NCBI GenBank assembly: GCA_963826115.1
Contig: CAWGVS010000006.1
Location: 1,152,001-1,216,000 of the forward strand
Reading direction: 5' to 3'
Length of the DNA: 64,000 bases
Origin: an uncultured Candidatus Rokubacteria bacterium
Lineage (GTDB): Bacteria > Methylomirabilota > Methylomirabilia > Rokubacteriales > DASRDR01
A program made the position numbers and the translations under genes. Of the stretch, positions 1 through 9,265 are shown piece by piece. The notes beneath the pieces are model-generated. The model had not been told where the DNA came from, ran no database searches, and saw only the letters and a program-made list of their open reading frames with translations. The number at the start of each line of letters is the position of its first letter. Position 1 is the first letter of the stretch.

Positions 1-633
1 CATGGCGCGGACGCGCTCGAGCTTTTCGTCGCTCGAGGAGGTCGCGAGCACCCGCGCGCCGTGCATCTTGGCGAACTGGAGGGCGAACAGGGACACGCCG
101 CCCGTGCCCTGGACCAGCACGACGTCGCCGGCCTTGACGCCGCCCGCGGTGACGACGGCGTGCCACGCGGTCACGGCGGCGCAGGGCAGGGCCGCCGCCT
201 GGACCGCGTCGAGGTGGCGCGGCGCGCGGACCACGCCGTCCTGGTCGAGCGCCATGAGCTCCTGCATCACCCCGTCCCGCGGGCCGCCGAGCGTCCCGGC
301 CCAGTGGGCCTCGCGGAACGGCCCGCTCCACCACGTCTGCGCGAACGTCGGGCACACGAGGTCGCCGACCGCCACGCGAGAAACCCCGTGCCCGACCGCG
401 ACGACACGTCCGGCGCCGTCCGAGCACGGCACCAGGGGCAGCGCGCCGCCCCGGCGACCGTAGCCCCCGTTCGCCATCACGTAGTCCCGGTAGTTGAGGG
501 ACGCGGCCTCCATGCGCAGCAGCACCTCGCCCGGCCCGGGCTCGGGCGTCTTCCGCGTGGCGGGCCGGATGTTGTCGGGGGTCCAGGCGTCCTGGATCTG
601 CATGACCTTCATCGTCGACGGTGTCGTCGGCAT
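1..633 (-). CDS. NAD(P)-dependent medium-chain dehydrogenase/reductase (quinone oxidoreductase/alcohol dehydrogenase family), runs off window start
   Basis: Manual minus-strand translation (not in ORF track): MPTTPSTMKVMQIQDAW...GEVLLRMEAASLNYRD...PCSDGAG...LPCAAVTAW...VLVQGTGGVSLFALQFAKMHGARV; GGAGG RBS upstream of ATG. Confidence 0.9.
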   Translation of the reverse strand, partial: MPTTPSTMKVMQIQDAWTPDNIRPATRKTPEPGPGEVLLRMEAASLNYRDYVMANGGYGRRGGALPLVPCSDGAGRVVAVGHGVSRVAVGDLVCPTFAQTWWSGPFREAHWAGTLGGPRDGVMQELMALDQDGVVRAPRHLDAVQAAALPCAAVTAWHAVVTAGGVKAGDVVLVQGTGGVSLFALQFAKMHGARVLATSSSDEKLERVRAM

Positions 634-726
634 GGGCGCTCCTCCGGCGGGCGGATCGGGGCTCGGGATCGGGATCAAGGCATGCTAGCAGGCCCGCCCG
701 ACCCGCTCCACCCCGGGTCGGGCCCG

Positions 727-1641
727 TCAGCGGCTCAGGATGGCGATGCCCGCGACGGTCAGCGCCGCGCCCGCCGCCGCGCGCCACGTGACGCGCTCGC
801 CGGCGAGGAACCCGATCGGCAGCGCGAAGAGCGGGGAGGCCGACGAGAGCACGGTGCCCAGCGTGACGCTCGCGTACTTGAGGCCGGCCAGGAAGCTGAC
901 GGCGCTGAGCGCCGTCAGCGCGCTGAGTGCGAGCACGCGCCGCCCCACGACGCGGCGCTGGGCCCAGAGCCCGCGCGCCGTCCCGCGCGCCCACGGCGTC
1001 GCCCACAGGAGGAGCGTGCTGAGCGGCAGGCGCACCGCCTGGATCGCCAGCGGCTCGATCTCCTGGACCGGGGGCTTCATGAGGGCCGCGCTCACCGCCC
1101 AGGCGAGGGCCGCGACGGCGGCGAGCCGCACCCCGCGGCGGCGGCCCTCGGCCGGCACGGGAGAGTCGGTCCGGCCCTCGCTCACGATGAGGACGAGGCC
1201 GCCGAGCGTCACCAGCGAGCCCACGGCCATGCCGAGCGTGATGCGCTCGCCGAACCACCAGAGCGCCAGCCCGCTCGCGACGATCGGGTACCCCGCCGTG
1301 GAGATCGTCATGGCGCGCGCGAGCCCCAGGAACTTGGTGCTCTCGAAGAACGCGGTGTCCCCGATCCCGAGCGCGGTCAGCACGCTGAGCACCAGGCAGG
1401 CCCAGGCGAGGGGCGTCACGTGGGCGAGGTGCCGGAGGTCGCCGAACGCGAGGGCCAGCGGTACGAGGAGGACGCTCGCGCCGGCCGACCGGATGATGTT
1501 CAGCGAGAGGCTCGGGAACTGCGCCGTGAGGCTGCGCGCGACGAGCGACACGAGCGTCCAGGCCAGCGCGGCCACGAGCGAGGCGGCGATGCCGAATCCC
1601 ACGCCGAGCCCGCTCGCGTCCACGGCGACCGACTCTAGCAC
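727..1641 (-). CDS. DMT/EamA family transporter
   Basis: About 10 hydrophobic segments in two EamA-like halves; typical LWWFGERIT and FLAGERVT motifs; start uncertain. Confidence 0.85.
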   Translation of the reverse strand: MLESVAVDASGLGVGFGIAASLVAALAWTLVSLVARSLTAQFPSLSLNIIRSAGASVLLVPLALAFGDLRHLAHVTPLAWACLVLSVLTALGIGDTAFFESTKFLGLARAMTISTAGYPIVASGLALWWFGERITLGMAVGSLVTLGGLVLIVSEGRTDSPVPAEGRRRGVRLAAVAALAWAVSAALMKPPVQEIEPLAIQAVRLPLSTLLLWATPWARGTARGLWAQRRVVGRRVLALSALTALSAVSFLAGLKYASVTLGTVLSSASPLFALPIGFLAGERVTWRAAAGAALTVAGIAILSR

Positions 1642-1824
1642 GCAGGCGCCCGGCCGCCGGTGAACTGCCGGCGGAACGCGCGCGGCACGCCTCCGCGGTT
1701 GGCGTCAGCGGAGCCGGGGGCGACGCGCCCAGCGCTCGGCCAGTCTCCGGGGCTCCGGGCCGCGGCCGGACTACGCGGCGGCGACGGTCGAGCGGCCGGC
1801 CCTCAGCGCCTGATCCGGGCCGGC

Positions 1825-2757
1825 TCAGTCCTTCCCGACCTCCGCCCGCGCCGCGCGGATCAGCTCGGGGAAGCTGTAGCTCGGGATCGCGCAGCCGGGC
1901 GCGAGGAAGAGCTTCCGCGTCCCGGCCTCCTCGACGGCGGAGCGGACCTGCTCGCGGATCTTGGCGGCCGACGTGTACGGGAAGTTCACGTGGTCGAGGC
2001 CGCCCATCAGGGCCCGCGGCGTGACCTTGCGCATCAGCGTGAGCGGCGGGCCCGAGTCCCGGTCCGCCCACGAGATCGCGTGCACCGGGTAGTCCTGGAG
2101 CCGGTCGAGGAAGAGCTCCCGCCCGTGGGCGTGGAGGATGTGGAACTCGCCGAACGGGCGGATGGCCTCGAGGAACGCGAGGTCGAACGGGCGCATGAAG
2201 CGCTCGTACTGCTCCGCGGTCAGGGACTCCGGCGTCGCCGGCACCGAGAAGAAGATGCCCGACGCGCCGCCGTGGAGGCTCGCGATCGCGTAGCGGACCA
2301 GGTTCTCGTTGACCACCGCGAGCGCGGCCTCGAGCTCCGCCGGGTGCTCCTGCATGAAGGGGCCCATCGCCTCCTTCAGGACGTTGCGCTTCAGCGTGCT
2401 CCACGCGTTGAAGACGGTGTCGACCACGAGCGCCTTGCCCTTGAGCGACTGGCCGATCAGGCGGACCGCCTCGAGCTGCTCCCCCAGCGAGCCCTGCCGC
2501 ACGTCGAAGGCGATGATCCGCTTGAGCTCCTTGGGGTCGCTCAGGGTCTCGATGCTCCGAGGCATCGGGTAGGAGTAGTCGTTCATGATCTTGAGCCAGT
2601 CGAGGTTGTAGGCCTCGAAGAACTCGAGGTGCGTCTGCGCCGTTCGCTCCGCCGGCGCGTGCTGCAGCCCGAAGTGGTACCAGACGCTGAACGGCGGCCG
2701 GTCGACGTCCGCTCCCGACAGGGCCGCCCGGACACGCTCGATCTTCGTCATGCTCAT
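1825..2757 (-). CDS. Uroporphyrinogen decarboxylase (URO-D/MtaA-CmuA superfamily) family protein
   Basis: C-terminal part of the 1825..5874 ORF: MSMTKIERVRAALSGADVDRPPFSVWYHF...ILHAHG...LFLAPGCAI; GAGGAG RBS. Confidence 0.85.
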   Translation of the reverse strand: MSMTKIERVRAALSGADVDRPPFSVWYHFGLQHAPAERTAQTHLEFFEAYNLDWLKIMNDYSYPMPRSIETLSDPKELKRIIAFDVRQGSLGEQLEAVRLIGQSLKGKALVVDTVFNAWSTLKRNVLKEAMGPFMQEHPAELEAALAVVNENLVRYAIASLHGGASGIFFSVPATPESLTAEQYERFMRPFDLAFLEAIRPFGEFHILHAHGRELFLDRLQDYPVHAISWADRDSGPPLTLMRKVTPRALMGGLDHVNFPYTSAAKIREQVRSAVEEAGTRKLFLAPGCAIPSYSFPELIRAARAEVGKD

Positions 2758-2774
2758 CTCGTCTCCTCGCAGGG

Positions 2775-3314
2775 TCAGATGACGTAGAGCCAGGCCCGGG
2801 AGGCGAGGTCCCCCGCCTTCCAGGACCCCGTCTCGCCCAGCCAGCCGGCTGCCTCGTCCCCGTCGCTCGTGCGCGCGACCGCCACCGTGCTCCCGTCCCG
2901 GAGGAACCCGCCGAAGGCGACGCGGCCGGCCCCGCGGAGCTCGACGAGCGCGAGCTGCGCCATGTCGCGGTCCGCCGTGGGGCCCTCGACGACGAGGGCC
3001 GGGCGGGTGCCGTCGAGGACGACCGGCGGCTCCGGGTCCCACGGCTCGACGAACGTCTCGAACTCGTGGGCGACGTACCCGGTCCACGCGCCGACGCGGT
3101 GGTAGGGGTCTTCCTCGATGATGGCGCGGAGCGCGCCGGCGTCCGGCACGCGGTAGAACAGCTCGGCCCGCCGCCCGTCCGGGCTCGGTCCCCCGGCCAC
3201 GAGAGCCCTGGCCGATCGGAGCCGCGCCATGCGCTCGATGTGCGCCTGGCGGACGGGCGCTCGGCGGGCCAGGTAGTCGTCGGCGCAGGCGATTTGGACG
3301 TGGACGACGGTCAT
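2775..3314 (-). CDS. YciI-like protein, apparently two tandem YciI-type domains
   Basis: RRAPVRQAH...LVAGGP...IIEEDPY is the YciI signature; second half has VAFGGFL; AGGAG RBS before ATG at 3314. Confidence 0.7.
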   Translation of the reverse strand: MTVVHVQIACADDYLARRAPVRQAHIERMARLRSARALVAGGPSPDGRRAELFYRVPDAGALRAIIEEDPYHRVGAWTGYVAHEFETFVEPWDPEPPVVLDGTRPALVVEGPTADRDMAQLALVELRGAGRVAFGGFLRDGSTVAVARTSDGDEAAGWLGETGSWKAGDLASRAWLYVI

Positions 3315-3474
3315 CGGCGCTCCTCGATCCTTCGCGAGCCCGGCGATTCCGGACGTCCGGGAGACGGCGGGCCCGCGCCTCCGCATGATACCCCCGGACG
3401 ACGGGCCGCGGGGGCCCGGGTCCCGGGCCGTCACGGGCCCGCACCGAATCGGCTCCCGCCGACGTCGTATCAGC

Positions 3475-4428
3475 GTGGAGGCCCTGGAGTTCCTCGTCCG
3501 GCACGGCTATCTCGTGCTGTTCCTGGTGGTCCTCGGGGAGCAGCTCGGCCTGCCTCTGGTCGGGGCGCCCGTCCTCCTCGCCGCCGGGGCCCTGGCCGGG
3601 ACCGGCCGGTTCTCGCTCGTCCTGGCGCTCGTGCTGGCGGTCGTCGCGTGCCTCCTGGGCGACCTGGTCTGGTTCGAGCTGGGCCGTCGCCGCGGCTCGT
3701 CGGTCCTGGCATTCCTGTGCCGCGTCGCGCTCGAGCCCGACTCGTGCGTCCGTCGCACGGAGGACGTCTTCTCCCGGTGGGGCGCGCGGGTCCTGCTGAT
3801 CGCGAAGTTCGTCCCCGGGCTCAACACGGTCGCGCCGCCGCTGGCCGGCGTCGTCGGGATCCCGCGCGCGCGGTTCCTCCGCTACGACGCGGGAGGCGCG
3901 GCGGCCTGGGCGGTCGTCTACGTCGGGCTCGGCTACGCGTTCAGCGCCCAGCTCGAGGCCGTGGCGCTCGCCCTGGCGAGCCTGGGCCGCGGCGCCGCGG
4001 TGGTGGTGGGCGTCGCGCTCGCCGGGTACGTCGTCCTCAAGTACGTGCAGCGCCGGCTGTTCATCCGGAGCCTCCGGATCGCGCGGATCGCGCCCGAGGA
4101 GCTCCAGGCGCGGATGACGGGCGGCGAGGTGCTCGTGATCGTCGACCTCCGGACGTCGGAGCACATCGCGAGCGACGGGCTCTGCATCCCCGGCGCGCTC
4201 CAGATGGACCCCGCGGAGCTCGCGCGCCGCCACGGCGAGATCCCCCGGGATCGGGAGATCGTCCTCTACTGCTCCTGACCCTCCGAGGCGACGAGCGCCC
4301 GGGTGGCGCTCCGGCTCAGGCGGGTGGGGGTGACGCGGGTGCGGCCGCTCCTGGGAGGGTTCGACGCCTGGCGCGCCGGCGGGTTCCCGGTCCAGCCCGT
4401 TCTCGGCGCCGAGAACCGCGCGGCCTGA
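3475..4428 (+). CDS. DedA/VTT membrane domain + rhodanese domain fusion, probable selenoprotein (in-frame UGA at 4276-4278)
   Basis: DedA motifs (EQLGLP, GDLVWFELGR, AKFVPG); rhodanese IVDLR...IPGA...IVLYCS-TGA-PSEATSARVALRL...VRPLLGGFDAW continues in frame to TGA 4426-4428. Confidence 0.85.
4293..4311 (+). promoter_or_regulatory. Candidate bacterial SECIS hairpin
   Basis: GAGCGCC-CGGGT-GGCGCTC: 7-bp perfect stem starting 15 nt after the UGA, loop about 22 nt downstream with G at loop position 2. Confidence 0.6.
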
Positions 4429-4439
4429 CCCGCGGCGGC

Positions 4440-6998
4440 CTACTCGCCGCGGAGGATCGGCAGCGGCTTCCGCCCGAGGAGGCGGAAGGTTCCGGCGAAG
4501 CCGACCCCCACCGCCAGCCCGATCGTCGCCAGGAGCGCCACGGCGACGGGGAGGGGGTCGAGCGCCGGGGGCACGTCGAGGACGAAGCGGAGGACCGCCC
4601 ACGCGGTGAGCGCGCCGGTCGCCGCGCCGCCGATGCCGGCCACGAGCCCGAGGCACCCGTACTCGACGGCGAACGCGCGCGCGACGCGGCCTCGCGTCGC
4701 CCCGATGGTGCGGAGGAGGGCCGACTCGTAGAGCCGCTGCGCGCGGCTCTGGGCGAGCGTCTCCGCCATCACGGTGAAACCGGCCCCCAGGACGAAGAGC
4801 GCGACCAGCCGCACCGCGACCGCGATCCGGTCGACCACCCCGGTGATGCGCTCCAGCACGTCGCGGACGGGGATCGCCGTGACGTTCGCGAAGGCCGCCG
4901 CGACGCGCTCCTGCACGACCTGGTCGGCGCCCGGCGGGACCCGCGCCGTGGCGAGGTACGCCGTCGGCGCTCCGTCGAGCGGCCCCGGCGAGAAGATCAC
5001 GAAGAAGTTCGCGCCGAGCGTCTGCCAGTCCACCTTCCGGAGGCTCAGCACCTCCGCGCGCACCGGCACGCCCTGGACGTCGAACGTGAGGGTGCCGCCG
5101 ACGTCGACGCCGAGCGCGCGCGCGGCCTCCGCCTCGACGGAGATCAACGCGCGCCCCCGGTCGCTCGCGTCCCACCAGCGGCCGCGCGTCAGGACGGTGC
5201 CGGCCGGGGACGCTTCCGCGAAGGTCAGCACGTACTCCCGCGTGACGCGCCAGGCGTCCTCGCGGCCCGCCCAGCGTTCCCGCGCGATCGGCGTCCCGTT
5301 GATCGCGCTCAGGCGGGCGCGCACGACCGGCACCAGCGCCGGCGGGGAAGCGCCGGGGACGGACTCGATCGTCCGGCGAAAGGCGTCCGCCTGGTCGGGC
5401 TGCACGTCCACGAAGAAGAAGGACGGCGCCTCGCGCCGCCGGTCGAGGTCGAGCTGCCGGGTGAGCCCGCGCTCGAGGAGCGCGACGGCGGTGAGGAGCG
5501 TCACGCCGATGCCGAGCGCCACCGTGACCCCGATCGCCTGGTTGCCGGGCCGCGTGAGCGCCCGGAGCCCGTGGCGCCAGGCGATGGAGCGCGGGGAAGC
5601 GACCGATCCGGCGACGCGCCGGAGCGCCCACGCGCCGAGGACCAGAACACCCAGCGCGCCGGCGGCGGCCCCGAGGAAGATGGCGCCGATGCGGAGGGGG
5701 CCGGCCTGCCAGAGCGCCAGGAGCGCGAGCCCCCCGGCGATCACGCCCGCGGTCGTCCACGGCCGGCGCGGGCGCACGGTCCCCGCGTCCACCGGGTGGC
5801 GGAGCAGGATCGCCGGCGGCACCGCGCGCGCGGAGAGGAGCGGCCAGAGGGCGAAGAGTAGCGTCGCCAGGCACCCGGCCAGGAGCCCGGTCAGGACCGC
5901 GGTCGGCGCGGGACGCGCCTCGAGCGCGAAGGGAACGAACGGCTGGAGGAGCGGCCCGAGGAGGAGCTGGGCGGCGGTGCCGAGCGCCGCGCCCGTAAGG
6001 CTCCCGAGAGCGCCGAGCGCGAGCGCTTGGACCACGTACACGGCCGTCAGCGTCCGCCCGCTCGCGCCCAGGCAGCGGAGGATGGCGATGGTGCCCACCT
6101 TCTTCGCGAGGAAGGCGCGGACGGCGGCCGCCACGCCGATCCCGCCGACCAGGAGGCTCGTCACGCCCACCAGGCGCAGGTAGGCGGAGAGCTGGTCGAA
6201 GAAGCGGCGGAGGCCCGGCTGCGCCTCGTCGAAGGTCGCCACCCGCACGGCGGGATCCGCCATCGCCCCGACGAGCGCGGCGCGGGTGGCGCGCGGGTCG
6301 ACGCCGTCGGGGAGGCGGACGAGCGTGCGATGACGCACGCGGCTGCCGAGCTGGACGAGCCCCGTCGTCTCGAGGCTCCGGGCGCTCAGGAGGACGCGCG
6401 GGCCCAGGGTGAAGAGCGACGCCGCGCGGTCCGGCTCCTTCCGGAGGACGCCGGCCACGGTGAAGGTCGCGTCGCCGACGAGGATCGTGTCGCCGGGCGC
6501 GACGCCGAGCCGCCCGAGGACGGCCTCCTCCACCACGACGCCGCCGTCCGCGAGGAGCCGGTCGAGCGGGCGCGCCGGCAGGGTATCCAGCCGGCCGTAG
6601 AGCGGGTAGTCACCGTCCACCGCCTTCAGCTCGACGAGGAGCGTGCGCCCCGATCCGGGGTGCCGCGCCATCCCGACGAGCTCCTTCACCCGCGCCACGG
6701 TCGCGCCGCGGCGCGCGAGGTCCTGGACCGGCCCCTCCGCCGCGGCGTCGAGGGGGCGGGCCGAGCGGAGCTCGACGTCCCCGCCCAGGAGCGCGCGGGC
6801 CTCGCGCCCGAGCGAGCGGTCGATCGACGCCGCCACGCTCAGGACGGCCACGAGCGCGCCGACCCCGAGCGCGATGCACGCGAGGAAGCCCGCGAAGTGG
6901 CGCCAGGCGCCGCGGGTCTCTCGCCAGGCGAGACCGGCGACGAGGCGCCAGGGCAGCGCGGGCGGCGCCGGCGCGCCCGACGAGACCGGTGATCTCAC
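4440..6998 (-). CDS. ybbP: ABC transporter permease, YbbP/FtsX-like
   Basis: 852 aa with two FtsX-type TM blocks; LAWRETRG, LLGGDVEL, YPLYG, PSFFFVDVQPDQ; coupled to the ATPase gene by GTGA overlap. Confidence 0.85.
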   Translation of the reverse strand: MRSPVSSGAPAPPALPWRLVAGLAWRETRGAWRHFAGFLACIALGVGALVAVLSVAASIDRSLGREARALLGGDVELRSARPLDAAAEGPVQDLARRGATVARVKELVGMARHPGSGRTLLVELKAVDGDYPLYGRLDTLPARPLDRLLADGGVVVEEAVLGRLGVAPGDTILVGDATFTVAGVLRKEPDRAASLFTLGPRVLLSARSLETTGLVQLGSRVRHRTLVRLPDGVDPRATRAALVGAMADPAVRVATFDEAQPGLRRFFDQLSAYLRLVGVTSLLVGGIGVAAAVRAFLAKKVGTIAILRCLGASGRTLTAVYVVQALALGALGSLTGAALGTAAQLLLGPLLQPFVPFALEARPAPTAVLTGLLAGCLATLLFALWPLLSARAVPPAILLRHPVDAGTVRPRRPWTTAGVIAGGLALLALWQAGPLRIGAIFLGAAAGALGVLVLGAWALRRVAGSVASPRSIAWRHGLRALTRPGNQAIGVTVALGIGVTLLTAVALLERGLTRQLDLDRRREAPSFFFVDVQPDQADAFRRTIESVPGASPPALVPVVRARLSAINGTPIARERWAGREDAWRVTREYVLTFAEASPAGTVLTRGRWWDASDRGRALISVEAEAARALGVDVGGTLTFDVQGVPVRAEVLSLRKVDWQTLGANFFVIFSPGPLDGAPTAYLATARVPPGADQVVQERVAAAFANVTAIPVRDVLERITGVVDRIAVAVRLVALFVLGAGFTVMAETLAQSRAQRLYESALLRTIGATRGRVARAFAVEYGCLGLVAGIGGAATGALTAWAVLRFVLDVPPALDPLPVAVALLATIGLAVGVGFAGTFRLLGRKPLPILRGE

Positions 6999-7669
6999 GC
7001 CGCGGCGCGGTCTCCCACGACCCGCCCGTCGCGCAGCTCGATGACGCGGTCGGCATGCGCCGCGAGGGCGGGGTCGTGCGTCACCAGGATCAGCGTGGTC
7101 CCGTGGCGGCGGTGGAGGCCCACCAGGAGGTCGACGATCTGGGCGCCGGTGGCCGAGTCGAGGTTGCCCGTCGGCTCGTCCGCCAGGATCAGGCCCGGGC
7201 GGTTCGCGACCGCGCGGGCGAGCGCGACCCGCTGCTGCTCGCCGCCCGACAGCTCCGCCGGGTAATGGGCCACGCGCGCCTTGAGACCGACGTCCTCGAG
7301 GAGCGCCCGCGCCCGGACGGGCGCGTCCGCGGCGCCCGCGAGCTCGAGGGGGATCGCGACGTTCTCGAGCGCGGTGAGGGTCGGGATGAGGTGGAAGGAC
7401 TGGAAGACGTAGCCGATCTTTCCCAGGCGCAGGCGCGCGAGAGCGTCCTCGTCGAGCGCGGCCAGCTCGATCCCGTCCACCCGGATGGAGCCGGCGGTCG
7501 GCCGGTCGAGGCCCGCGACGAGGCCCAGGAGCGTCGACTTGCCGCTTCCGGAGGGACCCGTGATCGCCATGAACTGGCCGGGGGGCACGCTGAGCGTCAC
7601 GCCGTCCAGGACTGTCACGACGCCGGCGGCGCTCCGGAGCCGCATGACGAGATCGCGGACCTCGACCAT
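6995..7669 (-). CDS. ybbA: ABC transporter ATP-binding protein, YbbA/LolD-like
   Basis: Walker A GPSGSGKS, LSGGEQQRVALARA, ILADEPTGNLD. Confidence 0.9.
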   Translation of the reverse strand: MVEVRDLVMRLRSAAGVVTVLDGVTLSVPPGQFMAITGPSGSGKSTLLGLVAGLDRPTAGSIRVDGIELAALDEDALARLRLGKIGYVFQSFHLIPTLTALENVAIPLELAGAADAPVRARALLEDVGLKARVAHYPAELSGGEQQRVALARAVANRPGLILADEPTGNLDSATGAQIVDLLVGLHRRHGTTLILVTHDPALAAHADRVIELRDGRVVGDRAAA

Positions 7670-7694
7670 CCGCGCCTCATATTACACTGTGCTC

Positions 7695-8321
7695 ATGTGG
7701 GGACTTCGCGCGGCCGCGCTCGCGCTCGTGTTCGGCCTCGGGGCGTCGGCCGTCCAGGCGGCGCCGGCGCCCGAGCGCGTCGTCGTCGTGCTCGGCGACA
7801 GCCTCACCGCGGGGTGGGGCGTGGCGCCCGAGGAGGCGTGGCCGGCGCTGGTCGACGCGCGCCTCCGGCGCGAGGGCTACCCGTATCGCGTCGTCAACGC
7901 GGGGGTGAGCGGCGACACGACGGCCGGCGGCCTCCGTCGCGTCGACTGGGCGCTGCGGAGCCGTCCCGCCATCGCCGTGGTGGCGCTCGGCGCCAACGAC
8001 GGGCTCCGGGGCCTGGGCACCGATGCGATGGAGACGAACCTCCTGGCGATCGTCGAGCGGTTCAAGGCGAACGGCGCCCGCGTCCTCGTCGCGGGGATGA
8101 TGGTCCCGCCGAACTACGGCGCCGCGTACACGCGCGCCTTCCGGGAGGTCTACCCGGACGTCGCGCGCCGGACGCGCTCGGCCCTGATGCCCTTCCTGCT
8201 CGACGGCGTCGCCGCCGATCCCGCGCTGAACCAGGCGGACGGCATCCATCCGAACGCCGCCGGCCACCGCGCGATCGCCGACCGCGTGTGGCCCCACCTG
8301 GTCGCGCTGCTGACGCGATGA
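7695..8321 (+). CDS. tesA: Arylesterase / acyl-CoA thioesterase I (SGNH hydrolase) with signal peptide
   Basis: GDSLTAG, NAGVSGDTT, LGANDG, DGIHPN blocks; divergent from ybbA as in the known tesA-ybbAP arrangement. Confidence 0.9.
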   Translation: MWGLRAAALALVFGLGASAVQAAPAPERVVVVLGDSLTAGWGVAPEEAWPALVDARLRREGYPYRVVNAGVSGDTTAGGLRRVDWALRSRPAIAVVALGANDGLRGLGTDAMETNLLAIVERFKANGARVLVAGMMVPPNYGAAYTRAFREVYPDVARRTRSALMPFLLDGVAADPALNQADGIHPNAAGHRAIADRVWPHLVALLTR

Positions 8322-9265
8322 GCCGGCCGAGCGGGATGGCGACCCGGGTGGCGCCGGCGGGGCTCCGGCTCCTCGCCGCCGGCCTGCTCCTCGCCGGCTG
8401 CGCGGGCGCCGCGAAGGCGCGGCCGGCGCTCACCTTCGGCCCCGAGGCCGATCTCGACGCCTCGGCGCGGCTCGTCGCGGACCGCGCGCGGACGGCGGAC
8501 GTCGTGTACCTCGGCGAGCTCCACGACAACGCCCAGCACCACGCGGTCCAGGCGCGGGTCCTCGAGGCGATCCTCGCCACGGGGAGGCGGCCCGCGCTCG
8601 CGTTCGAGATGATCCCGGAGACCGGCCAGGCCACCCTGGAGGCGGCGGTGCGGAGCGACGGGGGGCCGGTCCAGGTCGAGCGGGAGCTCGCGTGGCGGGC
8701 CCAGGGCTGGCCGAACTTCGCGATGTACTGGCCGCTCTTCGAGCTGGCGCGGAAGCACGGCCTGCCGGTCGTGGCCACCGATCTGGATCCCGCGCTCTCC
8801 CGGCGCGTCGGGCGGGAGGGTCTCCGCGGGGCGGGCGAGGAGGCCTCGCGGCTCCGGTCCGCGATGCCCGACGACCTCCAGCGGGACCGCGACATCGTGC
8901 GGCGGCTCCGCGCGGCGCACTGCGACCAGATCAGCGAGGACCGCGCGTTCCGGATGCTGGACGGCTGGTACGCGCGCAACGTGGTGATGGCGCGCCGGGT
9001 GGAGGACGGGCTCGCGCGCGCGCCCCAGGTCGTCATGATCATGGGCCGCGGTCACGGGTCGCCGGGCGGGGTCCCCGAGCAGCTCGCCGCGCTCCGGCCC
9101 GGGACGCGCCAGTTGATGGTGGGCCTGTACGAGGGCCAGGCCGACGGGGTTACCGCGCCCCTGGCCGACGTGGTGTGGGTCACGCCGGCGCGGCCGCGCC
9201 CCGACCCTTGCCTCAGCTTCCCCCAGCGCCTCGGCGGCCTCATCCGACAAGGAGCGACCTCATGA
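8318..9265 (+). CDS. ChaN family (haem/iron-uptake associated) lipoprotein
   Basis: Lipobox LLLAGC; DVVYLGELHDNAQHH, LAFEMI, GRGH motifs; ATGA overlap with tesA stop. Confidence 0.8.
   Translation: MSRPSGMATRVAPAGLRLLAAGLLLAGCAGAAKARPALTFGPEADLDASARLVADRARTADVVYLGELHDNAQHHAVQARVLEAILATGRRPALAFEMIPETGQATLEAAVRSDGGPVQVERELAWRAQGWPNFAMYWPLFELARKHGLPVVATDLDPALSRRVGREGLRGAGEEASRLRSAMPDDLQRDRDIVRRLRAAHCDQISEDRAFRMLDGWYARNVVMARRVEDGLARAPQVVMIMGRGHGSPGGVPEQLAALRPGTRQLMVGLYEGQADGVTAPLADVVWVTPARPRPDPCLSFPQRLGGLIRQGATS

Noticed and set aside
3385-4278. DedA-rhodanese as a gene ending at YCS, or as a nonsense pseudogene
   Set aside because: The rhodanese domain continues intact in frame and the stop falls on a conserved Cys with a hairpin downstream; recoding fits better
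4399-4416. Perfect 18-bp palindrome GTTCTCGGCGCCGAGAAC as SECIS
   Set aside because: About 120 nt from the UGA, too far for a bacterial SECIS; may just be a hairpin near convergent gene ends
1825-5874. 1349-aa ORF and similar very long R/G/P/A-rich ORFs (3066..5861, 17183..20083, 25746..28007, 34384..36552, 43325..45514)
   Set aside because: Shadow frames caused by stop-codon scarcity in high-GC DNA; only parts (UroD-like protein, sigma factor) are real genes
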